Assembly (NCBI RefSeq): GCF_049965695.1
Contig: NZ_JBMFWB010000004.1
Span: 13,649-77,648 of the forward strand
DNA: 64,000 nucleotides
Source of the DNA: Athalassotoga sp.
GTDB lineage: Bacteria; Thermotogota; Thermotogae; Mesoaciditogales; Mesoaciditogaceae
Direction: 5' to 3'
Numbering within the stretch: the first letter of the stretch is position 1; each line of letters opens with the position of its first letter. The notes beneath the pieces are model-generated. The model made no database searches, was not told where the DNA came from, and was given only the letters and a program-made list of their open reading frames with translations. The translations under genes were made by a program, and so were the position numbers. This document shows, one piece after another, positions 45,299 to 55,319 of this stretch.

Positions 45299-47368
45299 AT
45301 GAAGAAGTTATCCGTTTTTGTGTTCATTCTTGCTGCTTTGTTTGGTATTGTGGCTTTTTCGCAACCTGTCATCAGTTCTCCGTCAAGCGTGACAAGCATT
45401 TTTTTCGAACCGGCTGCCGGTGAAACGCCATTTTTGAACGCAATAAAAAGCGCTAAAACTTCTTTGAAAATTGAGATGTACGTCATAACGGCTAATGATG
45501 TCTTCAACTCGATAAACAGCGCCGTAAAGCGTGGAGTCAACGTTAAAGTTATACTCGACCAGCATCCTTACAACATGCAGGCGCAGGCCGATTCCGCCTA
45601 CAAAACGCTTACATCGATGGGGGCTCAGGTGCAATGGGCACCATCCCGATTTACCTTCGATCACGCAAAAGTCATGATTGTCGATGATTCGTACGCTGTT
45701 TTTGGCACATCCAACCTCACTTACAGCGGCATAGCACAAAATTTTGAGGCAGACGTTGCGACCCACGATCCACAGATAGTCAAATCTTTGCTTGACGTTT
45801 TCAACGCAGACTGGAATAACGTCAAGGTTGGATCTGCCCCGAGAGAATATCTTGTCCTCAGTCCAAACAGCGAGAGCGATCTTGTCTGGCTTATAGACAG
45901 TGCAAAAACAAGTCTATCGATAGCCGAAGAAGAGGTACCGGAAGGAAAAGTGTTTGTAGCCCTTGAAAATGCGGCAAAAAGAGGCGTTGACGTTAGGCTT
46001 ATGGAGCCCGAATCAAGTGCAAAATCGATGTCTGACAAATACAATCTCGCCACACTCGCTACTGCAGGCGTAAAGGTTGGAATTCTGAAATCTCCTTACG
46101 TTCATGCCAAAATGATAGTTTCAGATAGCAATTATCTTTTCATAGGATCGGAAAATGTTTCCTACACTTCAATGATGCAGAACAGAGAAGTCGGCATAAT
46201 ACTTTCAAATAATGCTTTGATATCTCAGGCTGTCTCTCAATTTGACGATCTTTGGAATGATGTTTCAATTATGCCTGCCGAATTGCCATCTTCACAAATG
46301 GCGTTGCTCACCCAGATAGTTTCGACTCCTTACGCATACGCAAACAAACTCGTTAAAACCGTTGGAACGATCGAGGGCGTCTTCGGGCCAACCGTTTTCA
46401 TGTCTTACACTTACGGTGGGAAAATAGCCGGAATAGAACTATGGCTTGGAAGTGTTGCAAATCCGGAGTTGATCCTCAAAGCAGGACAAACTGTCCGCGT
46501 TGTCGGATCTGTGGACACTTACAGGGGACAACTTGAAATTTCTGCCGTTACGCTGCCCGAGGTCATATCCGAGAACTTGCTTTCTTTCCCATTTGAGCCT
46601 TCATTCGATAAACTCGCGAATTACGATGGATTGCTTGTGATGCTTAAGGGCACGGTTAAAGTTTCGGATACGGGTACTTATTTGCTTGGAAAGGACGGTC
46701 AGACGGTCAGATTTTCTTCTCTCGGTATGATGCCGTCTGTTAGCGATGGCACCGATGTCTACGCCGAAGGCATAATCGTAAACGATAACGGCAATTACGT
46801 GCTGGCCGCAACGAATTTTTATGCCGCGAATACTTACACGCCGATCCTCGAGAGCATTCATTTGAACACAAGTCCGACAATTCCGGAACTGCTATCGAAC
46901 GTTCAGGTATATTTCAACCAGACGGTTAAATCGACAGGCGTTGTTTCTGCCATTGTAAGTGCTTCCAACGCTTATGTTTTTTCAAATGGTTACGGTTTAA
47001 GAATTTACGGTCAGTACGGAAACATAAAACCCGGCGATATAGTCGAATTTTCGGGAAGTTTTACTTCATACAACAACTCTTTTGAGGTGGATGTAACTTC
47101 TGTAAAGGTGATAGGTCAAACTTCCGCGCCTCTTCCTTTAGTCATAAAGACCGGAGATTTTGCAAAATATTCTGAAGTCTTGGTTCAGGTCACAGGCGTC
47201 GTTTCAAACGCAAAAGGCACGATGTTCGATGTTAACGATGGTTCGGGATCTGCCACCGTTTACATGGCAAAAGGCACATTGCCGCAAAACGGAAGTACAG
47301 TGACAGTCGTGGGAATATCCGTTCAGTACAACAACACACATGAGATATACGCCGTGTCTATAAATTGA
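45299..47368 (+). CDS. Secreted phospholipase D-superfamily protein (two HKD motifs) with C-terminal OB-fold-like repeats
   Basis: Signal peptide; HAKVMIVD...GTSN and HAKMIVSD...GSEN; C-terminal repeats such as GQTVRVVG.V..Y.GQLEI, PGDIVEFSG....Y...FEV, GSTVTVVG...QY....EI. Confidence 0.82.
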   Translation: MKKLSVFVFILAALFGIVAFSQPVISSPSSVTSIFFEPAAGETPFLNAIKSAKTSLKIEMYVITANDVFNSINSAVKRGVNVKVILDQHPYNMQAQADSAYKTLTSMGAQVQWAPSRFTFDHAKVMIVDDSYAVFGTSNLTYSGIAQNFEADVATHDPQIVKSLLDVFNADWNNVKVGSAPREYLVLSPNSESDLVWLIDSAKTSLSIAEEEVPEGKVFVALENAAKRGVDVRLMEPESSAKSMSDKYNLATLATAGVKVGILKSPYVHAKMIVSDSNYLFIGSENVSYTSMMQNREVGIILSNNALISQAVSQFDDLWNDVSIMPAELPSSQMALLTQIVSTPYAYANKLVKTVGTIEGVFGPTVFMSYTYGGKIAGIELWLGSVANPELILKAGQTVRVVGSVDTYRGQLEISAVTLPEVISENLLSFPFEPSFDKLANYDGLLVMLKGTVKVSDTGTYLLGKDGQTVRFSSLGMMPSVSDGTDVYAEGIIVNDNGNYVLAATNFYAANTYTPILESIHLNTSPTIPELLSNVQVYFNQTVKSTGVVSAIVSASNAYVFSNGYGLRIYGQYGNIKPGDIVEFSGSFTSYNNSFEVDVTSVKVIGQTSAPLPLVIKTGDFAKYSEVLVQVTGVVSNAKGTMFDVNDGSGSATVYMAKGTLPQNGSTVTVVGISVQYNNTHEIYAVSIN

Positions 47369-47393
47369 AATCTAAACGTTGATGTTTAAAATT

Positions 47394-47423
47394 AAAGGCG
47401 GTCATTGACCGCCTATTTTTTTT
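47394..47423. terminator. Terminator-like hairpin between convergent genes
   Basis: AGGCGGTCA/TGACCGCCT inverted repeat followed by A-T8. Confidence 0.7.
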
Positions 47424-48297
47424 CGTCGTATGCGTAAGTTGGCATACCCCTGACATGCGTTTTGTATTTGAAAATTCCGCCCGCGTGGGGTTGCTTTTTT
47501 AATCCATCCGTGTTCAGTCCGCGACTTGCCGTCGTTATGTAAAGTTCATCAAGATCGTCTCCACCGAAAACGCATGAAGTTACCTTTTCAACAGGGATAT
47601 TTATAACCTCTATCAATTTTCCGTTGCGCGGATCCCATCTTGAAATACGCCATCCACCCCAGTGGGCTACCCATATCATGCCTTCTGAATCCGACGTCAT
47701 ACCGTCGGGAGAGCCCTGACCGTCTGGAATTTTTACCGCCACGCGTCTGTTTGAAATCGATCCTGCTTTGAGATCGTAATCAAATGCAAAAACGCTTTTT
47801 GTCCTTGTATCTATGTAATACATGATCGAATTATCAGGATTCCATGCAATTCCGTTTGATACCGTGACCTTATCGACCATCTTGGTCACGCTGTGATCCC
47901 TGTCTATTCTGTAAAGTGCGCCTAAAGGATCCTTTTCTTCCAAGTTCATAGTGCCTGCCCAAAATCTTCCATATGCATCACATTTCCCGTCGTTAAATCT
48001 GTTATCTGGCTTGTCACTTTCAGGATCGCACACGAATGTGAATTCTTCCGTTTCAAAGTTGAGAAAGTAGATGCCGTGGTGCATCGCGAGAATTGCACCG
48101 CCTGATTTATTCGGTGCAATGCATCCGACATACTGATTTGAGTTTATGATTTTATCTTCATTTTTCGACGGATCGTAGATATGGACTTTTTTGCCGTCTA
48201 TATCAACCCAATAAAGTAATTTATTTTTGGCATCCCACGATGGACTTTCCGCAACAATTGCGCCTGAATCAAGTAAAAGATCTACCCTCTGTTCCAT
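47413..48297 (-). CDS. SMP-30/gluconolactonase/LRE family protein
   Basis: ESPSWD, LYWVDI, RFNDGKCD..GRFWAGTM, SNGIAW, PDGMT.D, TSCVFGG. Confidence 0.92.
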   Translation of the reverse strand: MEQRVDLLLDSGAIVAESPSWDAKNKLLYWVDIDGKKVHIYDPSKNEDKIINSNQYVGCIAPNKSGGAILAMHHGIYFLNFETEEFTFVCDPESDKPDNRFNDGKCDAYGRFWAGTMNLEEKDPLGALYRIDRDHSVTKMVDKVTVSNGIAWNPDNSIMYYIDTRTKSVFAFDYDLKAGSISNRRVAVKIPDGQGSPDGMTSDSEGMIWVAHWGGWRISRWDPRNGKLIEVINIPVEKVTSCVFGGDDLDELYITTASRGLNTDGLKKQPHAGGIFKYKTHVRGMPTYAYDEKK

Positions 48298-49792
48298 CTT
48301 TATCACTTCCCTCTTGAAATTCAACGATATTTTTAAAATCCTTTTTGAGATCATCATGAAGCATTTTGTAAATTTCGAAGATCTTCATATAAACATCATG
48401 ATTTTTGGCATCTGGAAAGTAAGTTTTGGAGATAAGAAAAAAATTTTTGACTTCATCGAAATTGTCTATGATTTTTAGCGCCTTCATCCCAACGATCATC
48501 GCACCAAAAGCGGAACTGTCGTCATTTTTCATCGTTAGAACTTTTTTGCCCAGTACATCTGCGAGTATTTTTATCCATAATTTAGATCTCGTCATCCCCC
48601 CGCTTAGATGTACCTCATCTATCTTTCCTGTGATTTCTTCAAGGGCAAGATCAACATCGTAAAGGCTATATCCTATGCCCTCAAGCGTTGCTCTTAAAAA
48701 GTGAGGCTTTTTGTGGTAGATGTTCATTCCGAAAAAAACTCCCCTCAGACTGGCATCCCAGTATGGACTTCTTTCACCTGTTAGATGAGGCAGAAAGACG
48801 AGGCCATCCGATCCGGCCTTTATCTTTGAGGCTTTTGCCATCGTTGAGTCGATCTTTCCACCGAAATTGTCCATAAACCATTTAACGGCCATGCCGGCAT
48901 TGCTTACGGCACCGCCAATTGTGAAATGTGACTCATCAAGGACATAGGTAAAAGTTCTCATCTTCCGATCCACAACGGGGCTGTCCGAGATAACTCTCAT
49001 CGCTCCACTTGTGCCAACGCTTACGGAAGAAATACCTTTTTGCACGGCGCCCGATCCGAGATTGGCAAGCGGGCCGTCTGCACCGCCAATGATAAATGGC
49101 ACTTCAGGATCAATGCCAATTTTAGCAGCGTAAAGATCTTTAATTCCCTTAAAAATATGATCTACAGGTACGATCTCCGAGAGCATATTTTCATTTATGC
49201 CTGCAATTCTTAACGCTGTATCATCCCATTTCATGTTTTTCAAATTCAAAAAACCTGTTCCTGAAGCCATGGAATGGTCGATCACGTACAGGCCGAAAAG
49301 TTTGTAAAATATGTATTCTTTTACTGAGATGAGTTTTGACGTTTTTTCAAAAATGTTTTTTTTGTTGGACTTTAACCATATGATTTTACACAGTGGCAGC
49401 ATCGGATGAATCGGCGTGCCCGTGCTTTTATATATCGCAAAGCCTTCACCGCTCTCTCTGAGATCTTTTGCTACCTGTGAACTTCGAGTGTCTGCCCAAA
49501 TTACAGCGTTCATAAGTTTGTCGCCGTTTTTATCAATAGGGATGATGCTATGCATGGCGCCACTGAAACTTATGCCGGCGATCGTGTTACTTTTACCGAT
49601 TTGCCTTACAACCTTTTCGATTGAATCGAGTACTGAATCAAAGATCTCATCCGGATCCTGTTCTATCATTCCGATTTTTGGCATCAAAAGTTTGTAACAA
49701 ACTTCAGATTTGAATATCGTTCTGCCGTTCAAATCGTAAGCCACTGTTTTGGTTGCAGTTGTTCCGATATCCGTCCCTATTAAGTACTTCAT
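48269..49792 (-). CDS. gntK: FGGY-family gluconokinase
   Basis: DIGTTATK, MHSII, WADTR, TGTPIHPM, DGPLANLG, GTSGA, GERSPYW. Confidence 0.87.
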   Translation of the reverse strand: MKYLIGTDIGTTATKTVAYDLNGRTIFKSEVCYKLLMPKIGMIEQDPDEIFDSVLDSIEKVVRQIGKSNTIAGISFSGAMHSIIPIDKNGDKLMNAVIWADTRSSQVAKDLRESGEGFAIYKSTGTPIHPMLPLCKIIWLKSNKKNIFEKTSKLISVKEYIFYKLFGLYVIDHSMASGTGFLNLKNMKWDDTALRIAGINENMLSEIVPVDHIFKGIKDLYAAKIGIDPEVPFIIGGADGPLANLGSGAVQKGISSVSVGTSGAMRVISDSPVVDRKMRTFTYVLDESHFTIGGAVSNAGMAVKWFMDNFGGKIDSTMAKASKIKAGSDGLVFLPHLTGERSPYWDASLRGVFFGMNIYHKKPHFLRATLEGIGYSLYDVDLALEEITGKIDEVHLSGGMTRSKLWIKILADVLGKKVLTMKNDDSSAFGAMIVGMKALKIIDNFDEVKNFFLISKTYFPDAKNHDVYMKIFEIYKMLHDDLKKDFKNIVEFQEGSDKDGTEGRSFT

Positions 49793-51075
49793 TGATTACT
49801 TTTGATCCATGTTGATATCTCATCTATGACATTGACATCAACATGACCTTCGACAAGATACTCGTCCGGAGATGGTGTACCATCCCATTTTATGAAAAGA
49901 TGGTAAAGGTTCGGATACCACTTGAACGTGTAATTTTTATTTTGGGAAAATGCCGCCTTGAAAATGTCAAAATCTTTTTCCGTCACCTGATAATCTTTCC
50001 CGCCTTGCATTATAAGGGTTGGAATATCTAAATTTTTTAAAATGCCGACAGGATTATATTTTTCAAGTTCGTAGTAGTAACTTACGGGAGCCCCCATTAC
50101 GATATCTGAATCTTTGAGTGTATGTTTGTTTATATCTTCAAGTTGGACTATGATGGATTTCATTGCGGATATTTCAGTTGCGTTGTTGGATAGGGATATG
50201 AGATATTCAAGTTGATCTATCGTGACATCCTGTAAGTTCCTTGCCGGCGCGGCTAACATGATTATTCCCGAAATATCTCCTGACATTTTTGCGATTTCGG
50301 GTACAAGATAACCACCTTCGCTGTGACCGAGAACGAATATTTTCCCAACGTAATTTTGACTCTTTAGAAAATTTATGCCGTCGAGTGCATCTTTGAAATA
50401 TTCATTTTCAAGGTTAACGGGTATATCGCCGTTTTGGAATGCCTTTGGATAAACGTAGGTGCTTTTATCGTATCTTAAAACGACTATGCCGTTGGTTGAA
50501 AGGCCGTAGGCAATGTCTTCAAACGGTCTGTTTGGTCCTATTGATTCATCCATGTTTTCCGGGCCGGAGCCGGGAATTAAAATAACGGCGGGAAAAGGAC
50601 CTTTACCTTCTGGGATGGTAATTTCAGCCGGAACTTTTAAATCATTTCCGATAGTCGTTTTTTCAACTTTGAATTTTGATTGATTGACATATGACGGAAT
50701 TGAATAGGTAGGCGTGGCGGGTTTAAAGAAAAGACCTGCGACCTTTGAATTTTGATCGATGGTAACCGTCACATCAAGCAAAGCCTTTGAAAAACTTACC
50801 GTAAAGACGAAGACGGTGTAATTTTGAACGTTAGATACGTTGACGCTTTCTATGGATTGAAATTTTCCTGCCTGACTCTCCACTTGATTCCAAATTGCCT
50901 CGGTTTTGGCCAAAGGCAGTGCTGCCATCATAGCCTCATCGTACATGGATTCAGCCATTTTGAAATTCCCGACGGATAGGTTCATTATGAATTCCTTCGC
51001 GATTTGCAGGTTGTCATTTGCGAAAATCATGATGGGCAAAGACAAAAACAAAAAGGTAAAAACAAACTTTTTCAT
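49789..51075 (-). CDS. Secreted alpha/beta hydrolase with N-terminal DUF3887-like domain
   Basis: Signal peptide, GSGP..MD, GHSEGG nucleophile elbow, QGGKDYQV, LYHLF. Confidence 0.85.
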   Translation of the reverse strand: MKKFVFTFLFLSLPIMIFANDNLQIAKEFIMNLSVGNFKMAESMYDEAMMAALPLAKTEAIWNQVESQAGKFQSIESVNVSNVQNYTVFVFTVSFSKALLDVTVTIDQNSKVAGLFFKPATPTYSIPSYVNQSKFKVEKTTIGNDLKVPAEITIPEGKGPFPAVILIPGSGPENMDESIGPNRPFEDIAYGLSTNGIVVLRYDKSTYVYPKAFQNGDIPVNLENEYFKDALDGINFLKSQNYVGKIFVLGHSEGGYLVPEIAKMSGDISGIIMLAAPARNLQDVTIDQLEYLISLSNNATEISAMKSIIVQLEDINKHTLKDSDIVMGAPVSYYYELEKYNPVGILKNLDIPTLIMQGGKDYQVTEKDFDIFKAAFSQNKNYTFKWYPNLYHLFIKWDGTPSPDEYLVEGHVDVNVIDEISTWIKSNQ

Positions 51076-51106
51076 TCAAATCACCTCTTCTGTTATAATA
51101 TACATG

Positions 51107-51577
51107 ATGATGGCTTTATTTCAAAATGTCGATGAACGATCACTTAAAGAGATAGCAAAAAAATTTGCGAAAATACTTTTTGACGGAAGTGTCGTACTTC
51201 TCGAAGGAGATTTGGGAGGGGGAAAGACAACTTTCGTGCGTTATCTTGTTGAGCATCTTGGTGGAAACAGTCGTAAAGTTACGAGTCCAACCTTTACGAT
51301 AGTTAATGAATACGAAGTACGTTTTAAAATCCATCACATCGATCTGTTTAGGTTGAACGAGATGGAAGTGGACGAACTTCCAATAGAAGACTACCTCGAG
51401 TCCGATGGCATTTGTCTTATAGAATGGCCTGATAAACTCGGTGCTCATGTGCCCGCAAATTACTTCAAGATTGAATTCGAGTTTGTTGATGAAAATCATA
51501 GAAATGTAAGGCTATCCTCGACTGGTTCACTTTACGATCAAGCATTTTTAAGAGGTGATTTTTCTGTCAAAGCATAA
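51107..51577 (+). CDS. tsaE: tRNA t6A biosynthesis ATPase TsaE
   Basis: LEGDLGGGKTTF, VTSPTFTIVNEY, HIDLFRL, IEW; start at one of three ATGs (51104/51107/51110). Confidence 0.93.
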   Translation: MMALFQNVDERSLKEIAKKFAKILFDGSVVLLEGDLGGGKTTFVRYLVEHLGGNSRKVTSPTFTIVNEYEVRFKIHHIDLFRLNEMEVDELPIEDYLESDGICLIEWPDKLGAHVPANYFKIEFEFVDENHRNVRLSSTGSLYDQAFLRGDFSVKA

Positions 51578-53921
51578 AAAAATGGATGGAACTGCCAAGT
51601 ACAAAGAAAAGGTGGCAATACCTCCTGAAGAACTTCCATGTGTGCCGTTAAAAGGCAACGATGTTGCTTTTCCGACGGCATTGGTACCTTTTCATGTTGA
51701 AAGAGAATCTGCGATAAAGGCACTGGATAAGGTTGTGGAAAATGAAGAACGTTATCTTATACTGGTATCGCAAAAAAACCAAAATGTTCAAATTCCAGAT
51801 GTCGGAGATCTTTACGGAATAGGAACATTTTCGCGCTTGCTTCAACTTGTTAAACTCCCTGACGGCAGCATAAGAGCGCTGGCTGAGGGCATAATTCGCG
51901 TTAAAATCACGGAATACACTCAAAAGGATCCGTTCTTGCTTTGCAAATACGAGGCTCTTGAAAAAAAGGTCAGAAAATCCAAAGACCTTACGGCCGTCAT
52001 AAGACTTTTGAAAAGCAAAGCGATGAAATATTTCGATATGACTAAAAGGCTTCCGGAAGATGCCGTTTCGGAATTGGCCCTTATCGATGAGCCGGATAAA
52101 CTCGTCGATACCATAATTTCTTTCACGGAAATGAGTTTGGAGAATAAGCAGAGATTTCTCGAATTGGTGGATCCACGAGACAGAATGATAGAGTTTCTTA
52201 AATACCTCAATTCAGAGATAGCGTTTCTAAAGATCGAGGCCGATATCGATGATAAGGTAAAAGAAAAAATAGATAAAGGTCAAAAAGAGTTTTATCTCCG
52301 TGAAAAGATGGAAACTATAAAAAACGAACTTGGAGATGACACATCCGAAGCGGACGGATTGAGAGAAAAGTTGAAACGCAAAAAATATCCTACTGACGTG
52401 AAAAGGACCATAGAAAAAGAGATAAACAGGTTCGAAAAGATGTATCCTGCTTCACCCGAAGCAACTGTTTCAAGAAATTACATTGATTGGCTTTTCGATA
52501 TACCATGGTACGAAAAGACAAAAGAAGACGTGAACGTAAAAAGGGCTTCAAAGGTGCTTGAAGCGGATCATTACGGCCTTGAAGATGTCAAAGACAGGAT
52601 TCTTGATTACATAGCGATCAAAAATTTCAGCAGTACGGCCAAATCACCGATACTTTGTCTTGTTGGCCCTCCGGGGGTGGGTAAAACTTCACTTGGTATG
52701 TCTTTGGCAAAAGCGCTTAACAGGAAATTTGTCCAAATTTCTCTTGGTGGTATGAGGGATGAAGCCGAGATAAGAGGACATAGGAGAACTTACATCGGAG
52801 CACTGCCCGGCCGGTTGATTCAAACGATCGTGAAGGTGGGCGTAAAAAATCCTGTTATTCTGCTTGATGAAATAGATAAAATGGGAATTTCATTTCAAGG
52901 CGATCCGGCAGCCGCTTTGCTTGAAGTGCTTGATCCGGAAGAGAATTCTCATTTCATAGACAATTACGTTGAAATTCCGTTTGATCTGTCGGATGTCGTC
53001 TTTGTCACAACCGCAAACACGGTAGAGCCGATACCGCCTGCTCTTGCCGATAGGATGGAAATAATCGAGATTCCCGGTTACACATTTCAGGAAAAAATAG
53101 AAATATCGAAAAGATTTTTGATTCCCAAACTGAGAAAAGAATATGGTATGGAAGGCATTAACCTCGAAATAAAAGATGAAGCCGTGCAAAAGATGATAGA
53201 AGATTACACCCTTGAATCGGGAGTCAGAGGTCTCGAAAGGATAATCTCAAAACTCTTGAGAAAAATCGCAAGAAATGCGATGAACAAAGATGATAAAATA
53301 ACGATCGGATCAAAGGAAATCGAAGAGATGTTGGGTGCTCCGATGCTTGTCAGATCCCAAACACCGGCGATACCGACCATCGGTGAAACCATTGGCCTTG
53401 CATGGACACCGGCCGGCGGAGAAGTGCTTGTGATCGAGGCAACGGCAGTTCCAGGAACTTCTCAGACTTTGATAACCGGTAATCTTGGAAATGTCATGAA
53501 AGAATCTGTGACAATTGCAATGACACTTTGCAAAAATCTTTGTCAGGATAAAGCGGAGTTCTTTAAAACCCATGATTTTCATATACATGCCCCTGAAGGT
53601 GCGATCCCAAAAGATGGTCCTTCGGCCGGAGTGGCAATTCTAACCTCTTTATGTTCGGTTGTAACTGGAAAACCTGTAAGAAATGATGTTGCGATGACCG
53701 GAGAAATAACGCTGAACGGTAAAGTTTTGGCAATCGGGGGCTTAAGAGAAAAGTTGCTTGCCGCAAAAAGGTTTGGCATAAAAGAAGTCATTGTTCCAAA
53801 AGCCAATGAACCTATGGTTAAAAAGATGAAAGCAGATGTGATTGCAGATATCAAGATAAATTACGTTGAAGATGTCAGCGAGGCTTTGAAAATAGACCTG
53901 GGAATAGATCATGTTCGTTGA
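51555..53921 (+). CDS. lon: ATP-dependent protease Lon (LonA)
   Basis: LON-N domain, GPPGVGKTS, RGHRRTYIGALPG, PKDGPSAG (catalytic Ser), GGLREK. Confidence 0.97.
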   Translation: MIFLSKHKKMDGTAKYKEKVAIPPEELPCVPLKGNDVAFPTALVPFHVERESAIKALDKVVENEERYLILVSQKNQNVQIPDVGDLYGIGTFSRLLQLVKLPDGSIRALAEGIIRVKITEYTQKDPFLLCKYEALEKKVRKSKDLTAVIRLLKSKAMKYFDMTKRLPEDAVSELALIDEPDKLVDTIISFTEMSLENKQRFLELVDPRDRMIEFLKYLNSEIAFLKIEADIDDKVKEKIDKGQKEFYLREKMETIKNELGDDTSEADGLREKLKRKKYPTDVKRTIEKEINRFEKMYPASPEATVSRNYIDWLFDIPWYEKTKEDVNVKRASKVLEADHYGLEDVKDRILDYIAIKNFSSTAKSPILCLVGPPGVGKTSLGMSLAKALNRKFVQISLGGMRDEAEIRGHRRTYIGALPGRLIQTIVKVGVKNPVILLDEIDKMGISFQGDPAAALLEVLDPEENSHFIDNYVEIPFDLSDVVFVTTANTVEPIPPALADRMEIIEIPGYTFQEKIEISKRFLIPKLRKEYGMEGINLEIKDEAVQKMIEDYTLESGVRGLERIISKLLRKIARNAMNKDDKITIGSKEIEEMLGAPMLVRSQTPAIPTIGETIGLAWTPAGGEVLVIEATAVPGTSQTLITGNLGNVMKESVTIAMTLCKNLCQDKAEFFKTHDFHIHAPEGAIPKDGPSAGVAILTSLCSVVTGKPVRNDVAMTGEITLNGKVLAIGGLREKLLAAKRFGIKEVIVPKANEPMVKKMKADVIADIKINYVEDVSEALKIDLGIDHVR

Positions 53922-54492
53922 AAAGGTCGAATTAATCGCGGATGCGCATAATCACGATGGCTTTCCTGAACCTCTGAAAGGAGAGATCGCATTTGTAGGC
54001 AGATCCAACGTTGGGAAGTCTTCTCTTTTGAACGTGATCTTCGGCAGGCAAATAGCAAAAACGAGTTCAACACCGGGCAAAACAAGGTCTTTGCTCTTTT
54101 TCAAAGTGAATGATTTTTATCATTTTATAGATTTTCCGGGTTACGGGTATGCGAAGGTGTCAAAGATCGAAAGGCAAAAATGGCAGTCACTTGTAGACGA
54201 TTATTTCAAAAGTGAAAGACCGTTGAAAGGAATTTTTTTGCTTGTCGATTCTATGATACCAACTCAAAGGTCTGACTTAGAGGCTTTTGATTTTTTCAAG
54301 AGTTTCGTGGATGTTTTCATCGTGCTGACAAAAGTCGATAGAATTAAAAAAAATCAAATTTCCAAGAAGGTAAAAACAGTTGAAGAGGATTTCATGGGAG
54401 TGAAAGGTGTCATACCTTTTTCTTCCATCACAAAAGACGGATTAAAGGAAATAGAGGGGATTTTAAGAGAGATTTTTGAGAACGAGAGGTGA
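53911..54492 (+). CDS. engB: Ribosome biogenesis GTPase EngB/YihA/YsxC
   Basis: GRSNVGKSS, TPGKT, DFPGYGYA, TKVD; lon-engB context. Confidence 0.95.
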   Translation: MFVEKVELIADAHNHDGFPEPLKGEIAFVGRSNVGKSSLLNVIFGRQIAKTSSTPGKTRSLLFFKVNDFYHFIDFPGYGYAKVSKIERQKWQSLVDDYFKSERPLKGIFLLVDSMIPTQRSDLEAFDFFKSFVDVFIVLTKVDRIKKNQISKKVKTVEEDFMGVKGVIPFSSITKDGLKEIEGILREIFENER

Positions 54493-55319
54493 CGTTTTTG
54501 AACAAGGATGAAGCACTTGAGTATTTAAGAGGAAATCATTTGCCAACGGTATGGTGTCCTGGATGCGGAAATGGAATAGTTCTCAAAGCGATGTTGGAGG
54601 CCATAAAAAATCTCGGTCTTCAAAAAGATAACATAGCCGTCGTTTCAGGCATAGGATGTTCTTCAAGGGCAACAGGGTACATAGATTTCAACACGATGCA
54701 CACGCTTCACGGGAGAGCCATCGCTTTTGCCACGGGCGTAAAACTTGCAAGGCCGGATCTTAAAGTCATAGTCATAACCGGTGACGGAGATGCCATGGCA
54801 ATAGGAGGAAACCATTTCATACATGCCTGCAGGAGAAACATGGATCTTACCGTCGTGATTTACAACAACAACATATACGGTATGACGGGCGGACAATATT
54901 CGCCAACGACTCCGTTTGGAGACAAGGCGACGACCGCTCCTTACGGAAATCTTGAAGCGCCGTTTGACATAGTTGAAATGGCAAAGACTGCCGGCGCTAC
55001 TTACATTGCACGTGCCACGACTTACCATTACATGTTGATGGTCAAATACATTCAAAAAGCAATAGCACATGAAGGCATGTCCGTCGTCGACGCCGTTACC
55101 CAATGCCCGACATATTACGGGAGATACAACAAATCCGGTGATGCCCCGGGCATGATGCAATATTTCAAAGAGAGCGGTATTTCACTCGAAAAGGCAAAGA
55201 GTCTGGATCAGAAAGCGCTTGAAGGGAAAATAATCATAGGAGAATTCGTCGATATCCAAAAACCCGGCTATGTTTCAGAATATAACAAACTGAGAGAAAA
55301 TTTGAAGGTGAAATCATGA
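54489..55319 (+). CDS. korB: 2-oxoacid:ferredoxin oxidoreductase beta subunit
   Basis: WCPGCG, SGIGCSSR, HGRA, GDGD...IGGNH, NN.IYGMTGGQ.SPT. Confidence 0.94.
   Translation: MTFLNKDEALEYLRGNHLPTVWCPGCGNGIVLKAMLEAIKNLGLQKDNIAVVSGIGCSSRATGYIDFNTMHTLHGRAIAFATGVKLARPDLKVIVITGDGDAMAIGGNHFIHACRRNMDLTVVIYNNNIYGMTGGQYSPTTPFGDKATTAPYGNLEAPFDIVEMAKTAGATYIARATTYHYMLMVKYIQKAIAHEGMSVVDAVTQCPTYYGRYNKSGDAPGMMQYFKESGISLEKAKSLDQKALEGKIIIGEFVDIQKPGYVSEYNKLRENLKVKS

Noticed and set aside
50906-51103. Long N-terminal extension of tsaE
   Set aside because: It is antisense to the alpha/beta hydrolase gene; TsaE similarity begins near 51110.
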